Shown here one piece after another: positions 40,811 through 48,711 of a stretch of DNA of 64,000 nucleotides; position 1 is the first letter of the stretch, and every line of letters starts with the position of its first letter. The DNA lies in the NCBI RefSeq assembly GCF_947500325.1, contig NZ_CANMRQ010000001.1:1-64000 (forward strand), written 5' to 3'. The notes under the pieces were generated by a model. It saw only the letters and a list, made by a program, of their open reading frames with translations. It had not been told where the DNA came from and did no database searches. The stretch is from an uncultured Lacinutrix sp. Lineage in GTDB: Bacteria; Bacteroidota; Bacteroidia; Flavobacteriales; Flavobacteriaceae. Both the position numbers and the translations under genes were made by a program.

Positions 40811-41933
40811 CAAGCTTGTCACTAACGACATATTCAATCACTCCGTGGCTACGATTAAAAGTCTTTTACCACAGCTCTTCCTTTTAAGCTAAAGAGGCCT
40901 AATATTTTAAAAAGCGTTCTGAGAATACCTCCGCTTATAAACAAGCTTTCCTAGAATTATAGTTTACACTTTCTCTAGTTTTCCACGTGCTTCTTATTGC
41001 TTAGAGAATTACGTACTTGTTCGATGCCTTAATACATTACAACTGTTCGGCAACTTAGACTTGACTTGCATAGTGACTTTTGTCACGCTTTGCAATTACA
41101 AGGGTTGGCTCCCTCACCATTTATAAGCGTCCTCTTTTGAGGCGGCTTATTAGAATGTTCACCGCAAGACAAAGGTTTGCGACCTCCATCTCCCCATATA
41201 TTACAATGGGTTTAGGCAACTACTAACTGCTGTAATGTTCGAAGTCTTTTGCTTTTTACTCACCAACTGAGCAGTATCAAATTATGGTTTAGATACTAGG
41301 AATCGAACCTAGAAATAAAGTTTTGACCTTGGAAAAGGGCTTCGAAAATGGCTTCGTAGATTTTAGCCTACAAAATACCAACCTTTTCCATGCGTGTTTC
41401 CCAACACACCGTATGTTTAGCTACCGAATAGTTTCCTATCGGGTACCTATAATACTGCAATACGCTCCGTTAAATTGGATGATCTATACGTAACCTATTA
41501 CTACAACTTTTCCTGTTAATGTCTCCATTTCAAGCCTAATTAAATGTTAGCTATAAACCCTTATTTACCTCAGCGGTTGCCCCTTGTAAATAGAAATTTA
41601 TGTTAGTTGCTTGCTTACCTGTACTATACTCAAAAGAATACAGTCTCCATTTGCAGTGTCTGCAAATAGATTTATCCTTGTTACCAAGTTTATCTATGGA
41701 CGATAAGCCGCCCCATTATTTATAATAAATAATGATTTCTTTATATATAGAAGCTATAAATTTTCAGCTTCTTTTAATTTCAATGAACGTTTTTATTAAA
41801 CTCCACCAGCTTCAAAATCTGGTGGAGTACTACTTATAAAGTCTGATTCCAAAAGACTTTTAATTAATTACTCTGCAAATATTTTACACTATTACGCAAT
41901 GTTTTTGCGTAGTTAAAATGATTTATGAAATTT
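40811..41933 (-). ncRNA. 1.1-kb ORF-free, GC-enriched, hairpin-rich block; candidate large structured RNA (strand uncertain), containing a tRNA-like T-arm/acceptor with encoded CCA near 41285-41318
   Basis: no ORF of 60 aa or more in six frames inside a gene-dense island; local GC visibly above flanks; many imperfect hairpins. Confidence 0.3.
41866..41906 (-). promoter_or_regulatory. shared operator/promoter module (third copy) upstream of RNA ligase
   Basis: ACTACGCAAAAACATTGCGTAATAGTGTAAAATATTTGCAG on the minus strand. Confidence 0.5.
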
Positions 41934-42929
41934 TCAATAAAGCTGTAAAATTTCTTGCCTAATAAGCTTAGCAGAGCATTGATTAAGTTGTTTTGTTAAT
42001 CGTTTTTGTTCTACTTTTTCAAGCAATTGAAACGATGTTCCAAATTCTTTTGTGAAATCTTCAAAAGCATCTTTAGAAAGAAAACCAATTAATTTACCAA
42101 TTTGGCAACTGTCTAAATTACTTTCTTTACTCATTACATTTGCCAAACGGTTTGGGTTGATATAACGCTCTAATTCAACCTGTAATAGATTAGCTTCTTT
42201 AGAAAGCTCAATTTGTAATACTGTTTTAGAATTGGCTTTGCTTTTTTCACTCCATTTCGCATTTTTATTTTTAATAATAACTCGATTTCCATTTGGTAAA
42301 AAATGAGGCTCTACAGGTTTAATAACTACACCTTCACAAATATTATCTTTAATTTCAGGTAGTTTTAACCATTTAGGAATTTTGCTTTCAAATGTATTTG
42401 AATACTCTAATGATTCTTTTAATTGACCTCTAAATAATGTTTTTGCATAGAAAAACCCATGTGCTTCTAATAATTGATTTACTTCAATTACATTTAGATA
42501 ATATGACTGGTTAAGCATAATATCAAAAGCATAAAACCCATTATATGGTGCATAAAACACTCCTTTTTGAACCTTCATAGCTCCTCTCGCTTGTTCTATA
42601 TCTGGATAACTCCCGCCAAATAATTCACCAAATACAGTAATAGATTTTGTATCTGAATATTTCTTTTTTATTGCTTCGAAAAGTAATAGCATTTTAGTGT
42701 AATACATCTCTTTAATTAAGGTATGATTGTAAAATGAATCTGAATCTTTTAAAAGACTTGTACGTTTTGCTGATTTTAAATCTTTACCATTAGTAATTAA
42801 ACTAAAATTTGCTCCATGCACTTTTTCCTGTACAACAAAATCATTATTGTTTACGGTAGCTATTGCTACACGTTCTATGAATTCTGTTCTATATGAGTTT
42901 TCAATTGAATTGTATTTTTTAAATTCCAT
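41934..42929 (-). CDS. RNA ligase, T4 Rnl2 family
   Basis: near-colinear with T4 Rnl2: FKKYxSxEN, motif I EKVHGANFSLI, EGVVIKP, NGNRVIIKNKNAKWSEK; 331 aa. Confidence 0.85.
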   Translation of the reverse strand: MEFKKYNSIENSYRTEFIERVAIATVNNNDFVVQEKVHGANFSLITNGKDLKSAKRTSLLKDSDSFYNHTLIKEMYYTKMLLLFEAIKKKYSDTKSITVFGELFGGSYPDIEQARGAMKVQKGVFYAPYNGFYAFDIMLNQSYYLNVIEVNQLLEAHGFFYAKTLFRGQLKESLEYSNTFESKIPKWLKLPEIKDNICEGVVIKPVEPHFLPNGNRVIIKNKNAKWSEKSKANSKTVLQIELSKEANLLQVELERYINPNRLANVMSKESNLDSCQIGKLIGFLSKDAFEDFTKEFGTSFQLLEKVEQKRLTKQLNQCSAKLIRQEILQLY

Positions 42930-43035
42930 GTTTTTGTGATTTTTAGGGTTAACAATTATTTTGAAATTCTACTTGGTTTCACCCAAAACCAAGTAGAATT
43001 GATTAAGTAGGAATATCTCTTTTTTAGAGGCGTTT

Positions 43036-43521
43036 TTAAACAACCTTATCTGCACAAGATGAACTTGCAAAAGCATAAGGCTTAGCTTTAAAAACGAATC
43101 CCATTCCTAAAATGTAGCCCATAGCATCTTTAAGAGCCACATTAGATTCAAACTTAGGATCTGTATTAATATCTGCGTGAACCTCTAAAGCAACATTATA
43201 TTTATCTAGTATATCACAAATAGCATATGCTACTTCTACAGACATAGTTACTTCTTTAAGCATACGTTCTTTAATACCAATTTGTTTTGTGCCTTTATAG
43301 TTTCTCATAAACATAAAACCTCCTTTTCCTTCACGAAGCACTACAATAACTGTCGCATATTCTACGTGAGAGTTGTAGGCTTGAGAATCTGAACCTACAC
43401 AAACCTTTAGACGATGTCCAGCCTTTTGCTCTCTTATAATGGCATCTTCTAGAATACCAGTAATAGGTTGATCAAAGAATTCACCACTAAAGCTTCTCCA
43501 TTTTTGCTGTTCATTTTTCAT
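43036..43521 (-). CDS. hypothetical protein (possible RNase H-like DUF458/YkuK-type fold, tentative)
   Basis: 161 aa. Confidence 0.3.
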   Translation of the reverse strand: MKNEQQKWRSFSGEFFDQPITGILEDAIIREQKAGHRLKVCVGSDSQAYNSHVEYATVIVVLREGKGGFMFMRNYKGTKQIGIKERMLKEVTMSVEVAYAICDILDKYNVALEVHADINTDPKFESNVALKDAMGYILGMGFVFKAKPYAFASSSCADKVV

Positions 43522-43779
43522 AATATTGACCGCGAAAGCGGTTATCTTTTTAGTTAAATAATTATGTTGTGGAATAAACTGGATTAGCTCGCTAATTTTT
43601 ATTTTTTTAGCTGTGCTCGTGAATGCAAAAGCATTTTAAACCAGTATCTTCCGGGCTTAACTCAATGAATTTTATTTCATTAAATAAGATTCGTTGAATT
43701 CGTAAACTCATTTCTACCGGACGTATAGACCTACCCTTCGACTCCGCTCAGGACATGCTTTGCTATTATTCCTTTTTTG

Positions 43780-43852
43780 GGGTGATTTCGGGACTCGAAC
43801 CCTATTCTTCTCATTCACAGTGAGACATTTTACCTGTTAAACTAAAACCACC
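43780..43852 (-). tRNA. tRNA-His (GTG)
   Basis: anticodon arm TCTCA-CTGTGAA-TGAGA; T-loop TTCGAGT; C73. Confidence 0.65.
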
Positions 43853-43883
43853 ATTTTTAATTCCCATGAAAATGGGAATCTTA

Positions 43884-43958
43884 GTTCTGACAAAAGGATT
43901 TGAACCTTTATCCACAAACGTATCAGGTTTGCACTTTACCAATTAAGCTATGTCAGAA
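43884..43958 (-). tRNA. tRNA-Ile (GAT)
   Basis: acceptor TTCTGAC/GTCAGAA; anticodon arm CAAAC-CTGATAC-GTTTG; T-loop TTCAAAT. Confidence 0.7.
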
Positions 43959-43963
43959 TGTTG

Positions 43964-44034
43964 TTAACCCAATAGGACTCGAACCTATACCTCAAGAGTC
44001 AAAGTCTTGAATGCTGCCATTACACCACAGGTTA
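43964..44034 (-). tRNA. tRNA-Gln (TTG)
   Basis: U1-A72; anticodon arm CAAGA-CTTTGAC-TCTTG; T-loop TTCGAGT. Confidence 0.65.
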
Positions 44035-44040
44035 ATTTTG

Positions 44041-44113
44041 TAAGCTTAATAGGACTCGAACCCATATTCCCAGAGTCGTATTCTGGAGTGTTATCCAATT
44101 ACACCATAAGCTT
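44041..44113 (-). tRNA. tRNA-Arg (ACG)
   Basis: acceptor AAGCTTA/TAAGCTT; D GTGT/ACAC; anticodon arm CCAGA-ATACGAC-TCTGG. Confidence 0.7.
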
Positions 44114-44118
44114 ATTTG

Positions 44119-44192
44119 TATCCTACCTCGGACTCGAACCGAGAAATCACAGCGCTTAAAACTGATGCCTTTTCCAATTTGGCCAGTAGGAC
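44119..44192 (-). tRNA. class-I-shaped tRNA with Leu-type anticodon TAA (short variable arm; T27-T43 mismatch)
   Basis: acceptor GTCCTAC/GTAGGAT; anticodon loop TTTAAGC; variable GATTT; A73. Confidence 0.5.
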
Positions 44193-44197
44193 ATTAG

Positions 44198-44271
44198 TAC
44201 AGGAAGAGAGATTTGAACTCTCAAAATCTTGTTTCTAAAACAAGCGCGTATGCCAGTTCCGCCATTCCTGC
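44198..44271 (-). tRNA. class-I-shaped tRNA with Leu-type anticodon TAG (short variable arm)
   Basis: acceptor GCAGGAA/TTCCTGT; anticodon arm CTTGT-TTTAGAA-ACAAG; variable ATTTT; A73. Confidence 0.5.
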
Positions 44272-44276
44272 ATTAG

Positions 44277-44350
44277 TTGAGATGTCAGGAATCGAACCTG
44301 AACCTTTCGCCTTATGAGAGCGATGCTCTACCTAGTTAAGCTACATCTCA
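44277..44350 (-). tRNA. tRNA with CAT anticodon (Met elongator or Ile-lysidine; not initiator-like)
   Basis: acceptor TGAGATG/CATCTCA; anticodon arm TCGCT-CTCATAA-GGCGA. Confidence 0.65.
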
Positions 44351-44355
44351 ATTTG

Positions 44356-44427
44356 TTGAGGCAATAGGGATCGAACCTATGACTGTCACGATGTAAGCGT
44401 GATGCTCTTCCGCTGAGCTATACCTCA
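44356..44427 (-). tRNA. tRNA-Val (TAC)
   Basis: D GCTC/GAGC; anticodon arm TCACG-CTTACAT-CGTGA; T-loop TTCGATC. Confidence 0.7.
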
Positions 44428-44432
44428 ATTTG

Positions 44433-44504
44433 TACTCTATAAGGGAATCGAACCCTTGTCTTCCGATAGAAAGTCGGATGCACTAACCACTATGCTAATA
44501 GAGC
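44433..44504 (-). tRNA. tRNA-Glu (TTC) with U at position 37
   Basis: anticodon arm TCCGA-CTTTCTA-TCGGA. Confidence 0.6.
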
Positions 44505-44510
44505 ATTTTG

Positions 44511-44582
44511 CGGTTCATACGAGAGTCGAACTCGTATCTCCCGAGAGACAGTCGGGAAGGATAGCCATTACCCCAATGAACC
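44511..44582 (-). tRNA. tRNA-Asp (GTC) with U at position 37, G73
   Basis: acceptor GGTTCAT/ATGAACC; anticodon arm CCCGA-CTGTCTC-TCGGG. Confidence 0.6.
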
Positions 44583-44589
44583 TTTAAAA

Positions 44590-44743
44590 ATTGAAGCTGA
44601 AATCGAAGTCGAACCTGAACTTATATAGCTTCGTTTTTATCTTCATTTTGTACATCTACCTGGATTAGTTCGTATCACACATATTTTTTTAAATGAGTGA
44701 GCTAAATCTTTAGTGCTATCCATTACACCATAAATGCTAATTG
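44590..44743 (-). pseudogene. decayed tRNA remnant(s): intact-looking 5' half (GCATTTA-TG-GTGT-AATGGATA-GCAC) with degenerate anticodon/T region and an unrelated GAAGCT...AGCTTC hairpin
   Basis: 5' half resembles the Arg/Gln genes of the array; no complete cloverleaf can be drawn. Confidence 0.35.
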
Positions 44744-44826
44744 TGGAAGTAGTAGGACTCGAACCTACATGCTCCGAAGAGACCAGATTTACAGTCTGGC
44801 GAGCCAACCAATTGCTCAATACTTCC
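44744..44826 (-). tRNA. tRNA-Tyr (GTA), type II with 14-nt variable arm
   Basis: acceptor GGAAGTA/TACTTCC; anticodon arm CCAGA-CTGTAAA-TCTGG. Confidence 0.7.
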
Positions 44827-44920
44827 AATTTTGAGACAAGGATGAGATTGTTACACGTTCTCATCAAGTCACAAATTGAATGTCACATTTTTAAACAGGT
44901 TTAAAATGTTTTCATCATTG

Positions 44921-44993
44921 AGACAAGGATGAGATTCGAACTCATAAAAAACAGTTTTGCAGACTGTTACTTTAACCATTCAGCCACCTTGTC
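44921..44993 (-). tRNA. tRNA-Cys (GCA), second copy
   Basis: acceptor GACAAGG/CCTTGTC; anticodon arm ACAGT-CTGCAAA-ACTGT; preceded by a 19-bp direct repeat of its own 3' end. Confidence 0.6.
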
Positions 44994-44997
44994 TTTG

Positions 44998-45070
44998 CGA
45001 TAGTGATAGGATTCGAACCTATAACCAAGGACTTAACAGATCCACGCTCTGCCATTGAGCTACACTATCA
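44998..45070 (-). tRNA. tRNA-Asn (GTT), G73
   Basis: acceptor GATAGTG/CACTATC; anticodon loop CTGTTAA. Confidence 0.65.
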
Positions 45071-45075
45071 TTTTG

Positions 45076-45148
45076 AGGAGTTACGGAGACTTGCACTCCA
45101 TTCTGCACATTGCAAACGTGCTGTTTTGGCTTGGTAAACTATAACCCC
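45076..45148 (-). tRNA. tRNA-Ala (TGC) with G3:U70 identity pair and unusual T-loop TGCAAGT
   Basis: acceptor GGGGTTA/TAACTCC; anticodon arm GCACG-TTTGCAA-TGTGC. Confidence 0.6.
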
Positions 45149-45159
45149 ATAATTTTTTG

Positions 45160-45246
45160 CGGAGAGCAAAGGAATCGAACCTTCACCGCCATAAAGCGGA
45201 CTTGTTTAGCAGACAAGCGCAACAAACCAGTATTTGCCTACTCTCC
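45160..45246 (-). tRNA. tRNA-Ser (GCT), type II
   Basis: anticodon arm CTTGT-CTGCTAA-ACAAG; long variable arm; G73. Confidence 0.65.
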
Positions 45247-45259
45247 ATTTATTTATATC

Positions 45260-45333
45260 GTCTAAGAGACAGGATTCGAACCTGCAACCTCTCGCTTCCA
45301 AAGCGAGTAAACTATCCATCGTTCTCCTCTTAG
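45260..45333 (-). tRNA. tRNA-Pro (TGG), C1-G72, A73
   Basis: acceptor CTAAGAG/CTCTTAG; anticodon arm CTCGC-TTTGGAA-GCGAG. Confidence 0.7.
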
Positions 45334-45338
45334 TTTTG

Positions 45339-45425
45339 CGGAAGGAGTGGGAATCGAACCCACACGAGTCGTTATCTCCGAACAGTTTTCAAAACTGTGG
45401 CCACCACCTATTGGCTTGCCCTTCC
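45339..45425 (-). tRNA. tRNA-Ser (TGA), type II
   Basis: anticodon arm ACAGT-TTTGAAA-ACTGT; long variable arm; G73. Confidence 0.65.
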
Positions 45426-45434
45426 ATTTTTTTG

Positions 45435-45508
45435 TTGACGTAGTGAGAGTCGAACTCACATAACCTCGATTAAAAGTCGAGTGCTTTAGCCAGTTAAGCT
45501 ACACGTCA
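45435..45508 (-). tRNA. tRNA-Lys (TTT)
   Basis: acceptor TGACGTG/TACGTCA; D GCTT/AAGC; anticodon arm CTCGA-CTTTTAA-TCGAG. Confidence 0.7.
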
Positions 45509-45794
45509 CTATTTTATTTCAATGAACACCATAAAAAAAGCACCTCATTTTTATGGAAGGTGCTTTCTTTAAATCTATAAATACATCAACTCATGTATCT
45601 ATAACCTTCCTATTATATTTTATAAATCTCTCATCACAACTAGATGCGACCATATTATGCTTCGGCGAGCGAAACCAGAGATTTTGTTTAATTATATGTT
45701 GTAAATAATTTTCCATTATTGTTTTATTTGTTTTTGACGATGCAAAGATGAAACGCTTTTTTGAATTACACAAGAAAAATTTCATTTTAATTTA

Positions 45795-45992
45795 CTGATA
45801 ATCAATTAATTATGTTGTTTTTAGGCAATAGAATTCCTGTCCGTTTTTTAACGGATATTCAACATGTTATACAATAGTCTGTCTCCCAATTGTTTTGCTG
45901 TTTCAATGCTCTATTTTAATCTTTTTACTGTTCTATAATCATTTCAAAAAAAATTAAAAAAAAACGTCCAACTTTTAGGTTGGACGCTTAAT
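45795..45992 (-). repeat. repeat block 1 (upstream of the tRNA array): conserved core TTTTAGGCAATAGAATTCCTG(T/C)CCG plus GCGTCCAAC hairpin/terminator
   Basis: shares an about 48-bp core and a terminal hairpin with 53262-53447. Confidence 0.5.
45955..45990 (-). terminator. rho-independent terminator for the minus-strand gene 46229-47176
   Basis: minus strand reads GCGTCCAACC-TAAAA-GTTGGACG followed by T-run. Confidence 0.6.
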
Positions 45993-46176
45993 ATTCTATT
46001 TTTATTAGAGTTTAAATCATAATCTACTCTTTAAAAAAGATACAAAACGTCCTTCTTGGGGATTCAGTAAAATAACTGCTCCTCTATAATCGCATTCACT
46101 AAAGCGCGATATTGCTTGTTTATGTATTTCTTGTTTTATCATAATTATTTCCCACGAAAGTGGGAATCTGTTTTAT

Positions 46177-46222
46177 TTACACTACAAATATAATTGCAGT
46201 AAGACGCAATCTTTTTACGTAG
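46177..46222 (-). promoter_or_regulatory. shared operator/promoter module (fourth copy)
   Basis: ACTACGTAAAAAGATTGCGTCTTACTGCAATTATATTTGTAGTGTAA on the minus strand. Confidence 0.5.
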
Positions 46223-46228
46223 TTAAAA

Positions 46229-47176
46229 TTATTTTTTTGTTTTTAAATGAATCTCTCCTCTTTTTGGATTAAAAATCATTTGTTGAACAGTAATATCCAT
46301 TTTTACATTACCATCTGAAAGAATATCAAAATGATCTTGAATTGATTCTGGCGATTTAAACTTAATCATTTCGTTCACCCTTTTGTGCCTACCAGATGCT
46401 GTTAATTGCAAGGTGTCATTAGTTTGTTTATTTTCAGTTAACGATAAATATTCGTTAGTTACAATTAAGCTGTTACCCGCAGCTTTTCTTATAGAAAAAG
46501 TTGTTGGGGTTCGTTCTATAACTACATTTTCATCTTTATTTACGCCCACAACCATTAATAAACAATCTGAGGCAATAGTTGTTTCAGAAAGCATTACAAC
46601 CGCTTCATCAAATGTTTTTGCTTTTTCTAAAACATCCCTAATTAAAAACGTAATAGGAATAGCAAACTGAGGCGATTCATTACTTAATACAGCATTTAAA
46701 GTTATTGAAAATAATCTTGGTTTTACTCCTGATAACGCTCCAATAAAACCTGGCCAACTTACTAAAGAATATTGAGTTTCATTATCCTTCTTAAAGTCAA
46801 ATATTTTAGTAAACTTTCCCAGCATATTATTCTCTGACCACCAATCTAGATTTCTAGCATGAAGCTTTTCATTTTGATTAGTAACACAAAACGAAGTACA
46901 ACCAAAAACAAACTTTAATGCATCGTAATATAAGTTTGTAATTAATATTTCATTTTCTGAAAAATCACTATATCTTGAAACAGATTTAATTTCTTCTTGA
47001 TACTCTTTATTAATAAATAGTGTTTTATAGGTTTCTATATAGTCTTGGAAAATACCAGCACTACTCAAATCTTCTAAATAGTATTTGAAAAGACTATTCA
47101 TCTCTTTCCTATAGTCTTTAAGCCAATGCCACCTTTCTGATGGCTTAGCATTTAAATTTATTATAATTCGTTCCAT
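46229..47176 (-). CDS. Ntn-hydrolase, acid-ceramidase / choloylglycine-hydrolase-like (linear amide C-N hydrolase)
   Basis: candidate nucleophile in FGCTSFCVTNQ, 315 aa. Confidence 0.5.
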   Translation of the reverse strand: MERIIINLNAKPSERWHWLKDYRKEMNSLFKYYLEDLSSAGIFQDYIETYKTLFINKEYQEEIKSVSRYSDFSENEILITNLYYDALKFVFGCTSFCVTNQNEKLHARNLDWWSENNMLGKFTKIFDFKKDNETQYSLVSWPGFIGALSGVKPRLFSITLNAVLSNESPQFAIPITFLIRDVLEKAKTFDEAVVMLSETTIASDCLLMVVGVNKDENVVIERTPTTFSIRKAAGNSLIVTNEYLSLTENKQTNDTLQLTASGRHKRVNEMIKFKSPESIQDHFDILSDGNVKMDITVQQMIFNPKRGEIHLKTKK

Positions 47177-47211
47177 TTTAATTCCTTTTTCTAATAAGTA
47201 AAATCACAGGT

Positions 47212-47787
47212 TTAGTTTTGCTGTTGCAAACACCAATGTAAAATTTTTGCAATATTTTTTGCGTCATCTACACCTCGGTGATGCGTCCCTTCTAGAGGTA
47301 TTTTTAAAATATTAAGAGCGCCTTTCATCCCTACTTTTTTATTTAAATCTTTTACCCAACTAAAATGAGTTTTTACATTAATATGTTTTTGAGATAATGG
47401 GTATTCCACACCTCGCAACTTACATTGTTTTTTCATCATATTTAAATCGTAAGCGCCATAGCTTGCCCAAGTGTAATGATTAGCACTGTAATCTTCTCTT
47501 AATTTTACACAAGCTTCTTTAAAAGTAATACCTTCTTTATCTAAAAGATCTTGAGTTATTGTTGTTAGCTCTGTACAAAACGAACTTACCTTAGAGCGTT
47601 CTGGCTTAATTAATATCCCTTCACTTTTTGTAATACTTCCTGTAATTATGTCTAAAACACAAATACCTATTTCTATTATTTCATTTACTTGACCATTTGG
47701 AATTTCCCCATTCCAACACGTAGCCTCTAAATCTATTATAATTATATTTTTATTGTAATTCATTATCTTATTTTTAAAAGTAGACAA
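47212..47787 (-). CDS. DEDD-family 3'-5' exonuclease (DnaQ/KapD-like)
   Basis: Exo I motif IIIDLEATC, downstream acidic motifs, conserved H near C-terminus; 191 aa. Confidence 0.65.
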   Translation of the reverse strand: MSTFKNKIMNYNKNIIIIDLEATCWNGEIPNGQVNEIIEIGICVLDIITGSITKSEGILIKPERSKVSSFCTELTTITQDLLDKEGITFKEACVKLREDYSANHYTWASYGAYDLNMMKKQCKLRGVEYPLSQKHINVKTHFSWVKDLNKKVGMKGALNILKIPLEGTHHRGVDDAKNIAKILHWCLQQQN

Positions 47788-47813
47788 ACCTAAGCATGCC
47801 TACTTTTCTTTAT

Positions 47814-48173
47814 TTATTGAGATGCATATATTTTATCTCTCCTATCTATTTCGCCTAAGGGACTTCCTTTGAAGGTTAAAATATTTACAAACCCATTATC
47901 TTTTGTAATTAAAGAGTCTTTTTCTTTAACAGCTCCAATAGCTTTATTTCCATAATCGCCAGTTAATTTTTTGGTTGCAGGATCTAAATCTCCCCAAAGT
48001 ATATCTGGCTTACCATTATCTATTGGTTCAACGAAATAAGTAATCCCAGTAATTTTAGAACTTACTATAAATCGTCCTGTTCTATCTGTTCTTGTAAGGA
48101 ATCGCTTTAGTAATTCTTGTCGTTTCATAAAGGTTTGTTTTTTATTGTGAACTCCTACCTTCGCAGGAATCAC
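47814..48173 (-). CDS. hypothetical protein
   Basis: 119 aa. Confidence 0.4.
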   Translation of the reverse strand: MIPAKVGVHNKKQTFMKRQELLKRFLTRTDRTGRFIVSSKITGITYFVEPIDNGKPDILWGDLDPATKKLTGDYGNKAIGAVKEKDSLITKDNGFVNILTFKGSPLGEIDRRDKIYASQ

Positions 48174-48179
48174 AAATAG

Positions 48180-48707
48180 TTATTTCTTTTTTTTCTTCTT
48201 CTTTTTGGATGTTTTCTTCTTATTAGGTTTCATTTTAGTTTTCACTCTTGATATTTCTGAGTTGATATAGCTTATAAAACCATCATTATATCCAAATTGT
48301 TTTGCTTTTTTTAGCGCTTTAATTGCTTTTTTGTAGTCTTGTGTTATTTCAAAAAGCTGGCCTTGATTTTTCCAAATAACCCCTTTATCAATACCTTTTA
48401 CTGTTAAAGCAAAATCAATTAATTTTTGAGCTTCATCAAAATCGTCATTATCCAATAACACTTGAATATATCTTGGATAAACACGTTGATAATCCATTTT
48501 GTTTGCTAATGCTTCTGCATAATATTGCTTCGCCTTTTCATAATCTCCAAACTGTTCTGCTTGTAAACGCGCCATGAGATACAATGCGTAAGCATTATTA
48601 CTTTCGTAAGACAAGGCATAGTTTAGATTCTCTACAGTTTCTTCTAACTCATATGGATAAGCATCAATAGCTTTTAGCACGTAATTATTTAATAAATTAG
48701 TTTCCAT
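48180..48707 (-). CDS. TPR-like helical protein with poly-Lys C-terminus
   Basis: 175 aa; KKKKKKK tail. Confidence 0.45.
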   Translation of the reverse strand: METNLLNNYVLKAIDAYPYELEETVENLNYALSYESNNAYALYLMARLQAEQFGDYEKAKQYYAEALANKMDYQRVYPRYIQVLLDNDDFDEAQKLIDFALTVKGIDKGVIWKNQGQLFEITQDYKKAIKALKKAKQFGYNDGFISYINSEISRVKTKMKPNKKKTSKKKKKKKK

Positions 48708-48711
48708 TGTT

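Noticed and set aside
41285-41318. tmRNA at the CCA-ending tRNA-like 3' end
   Set aside because: The acceptor would be AT-rich (TATCTAA), unlike the GGGG start of tmRNA. No matching 5' acceptor strand or resume-codon region could be found by eye. It is left as part of the unexplained 1.1-kb block.
43780-43852. tRNA-His G-1 nucleotide
   Set aside because: Two registers are possible: G-1 + GTGGTTT/AAATCAC with C73, or GGTGGTT/AATCACC. The second keeps a canonical T-loop, so I could not decide whether G-1 is encoded. The gene end coordinate is approximate by 1 nt.
45234-45459. ORF-track CDSs 45234-45443 (+) and 45262-45459 (-), and 44643-44867 (-)
   Set aside because: They fall entirely inside the tRNA array (Ser/Pro/Ser and Asp/Tyr genes) and are artefacts of translating structured RNA genes.
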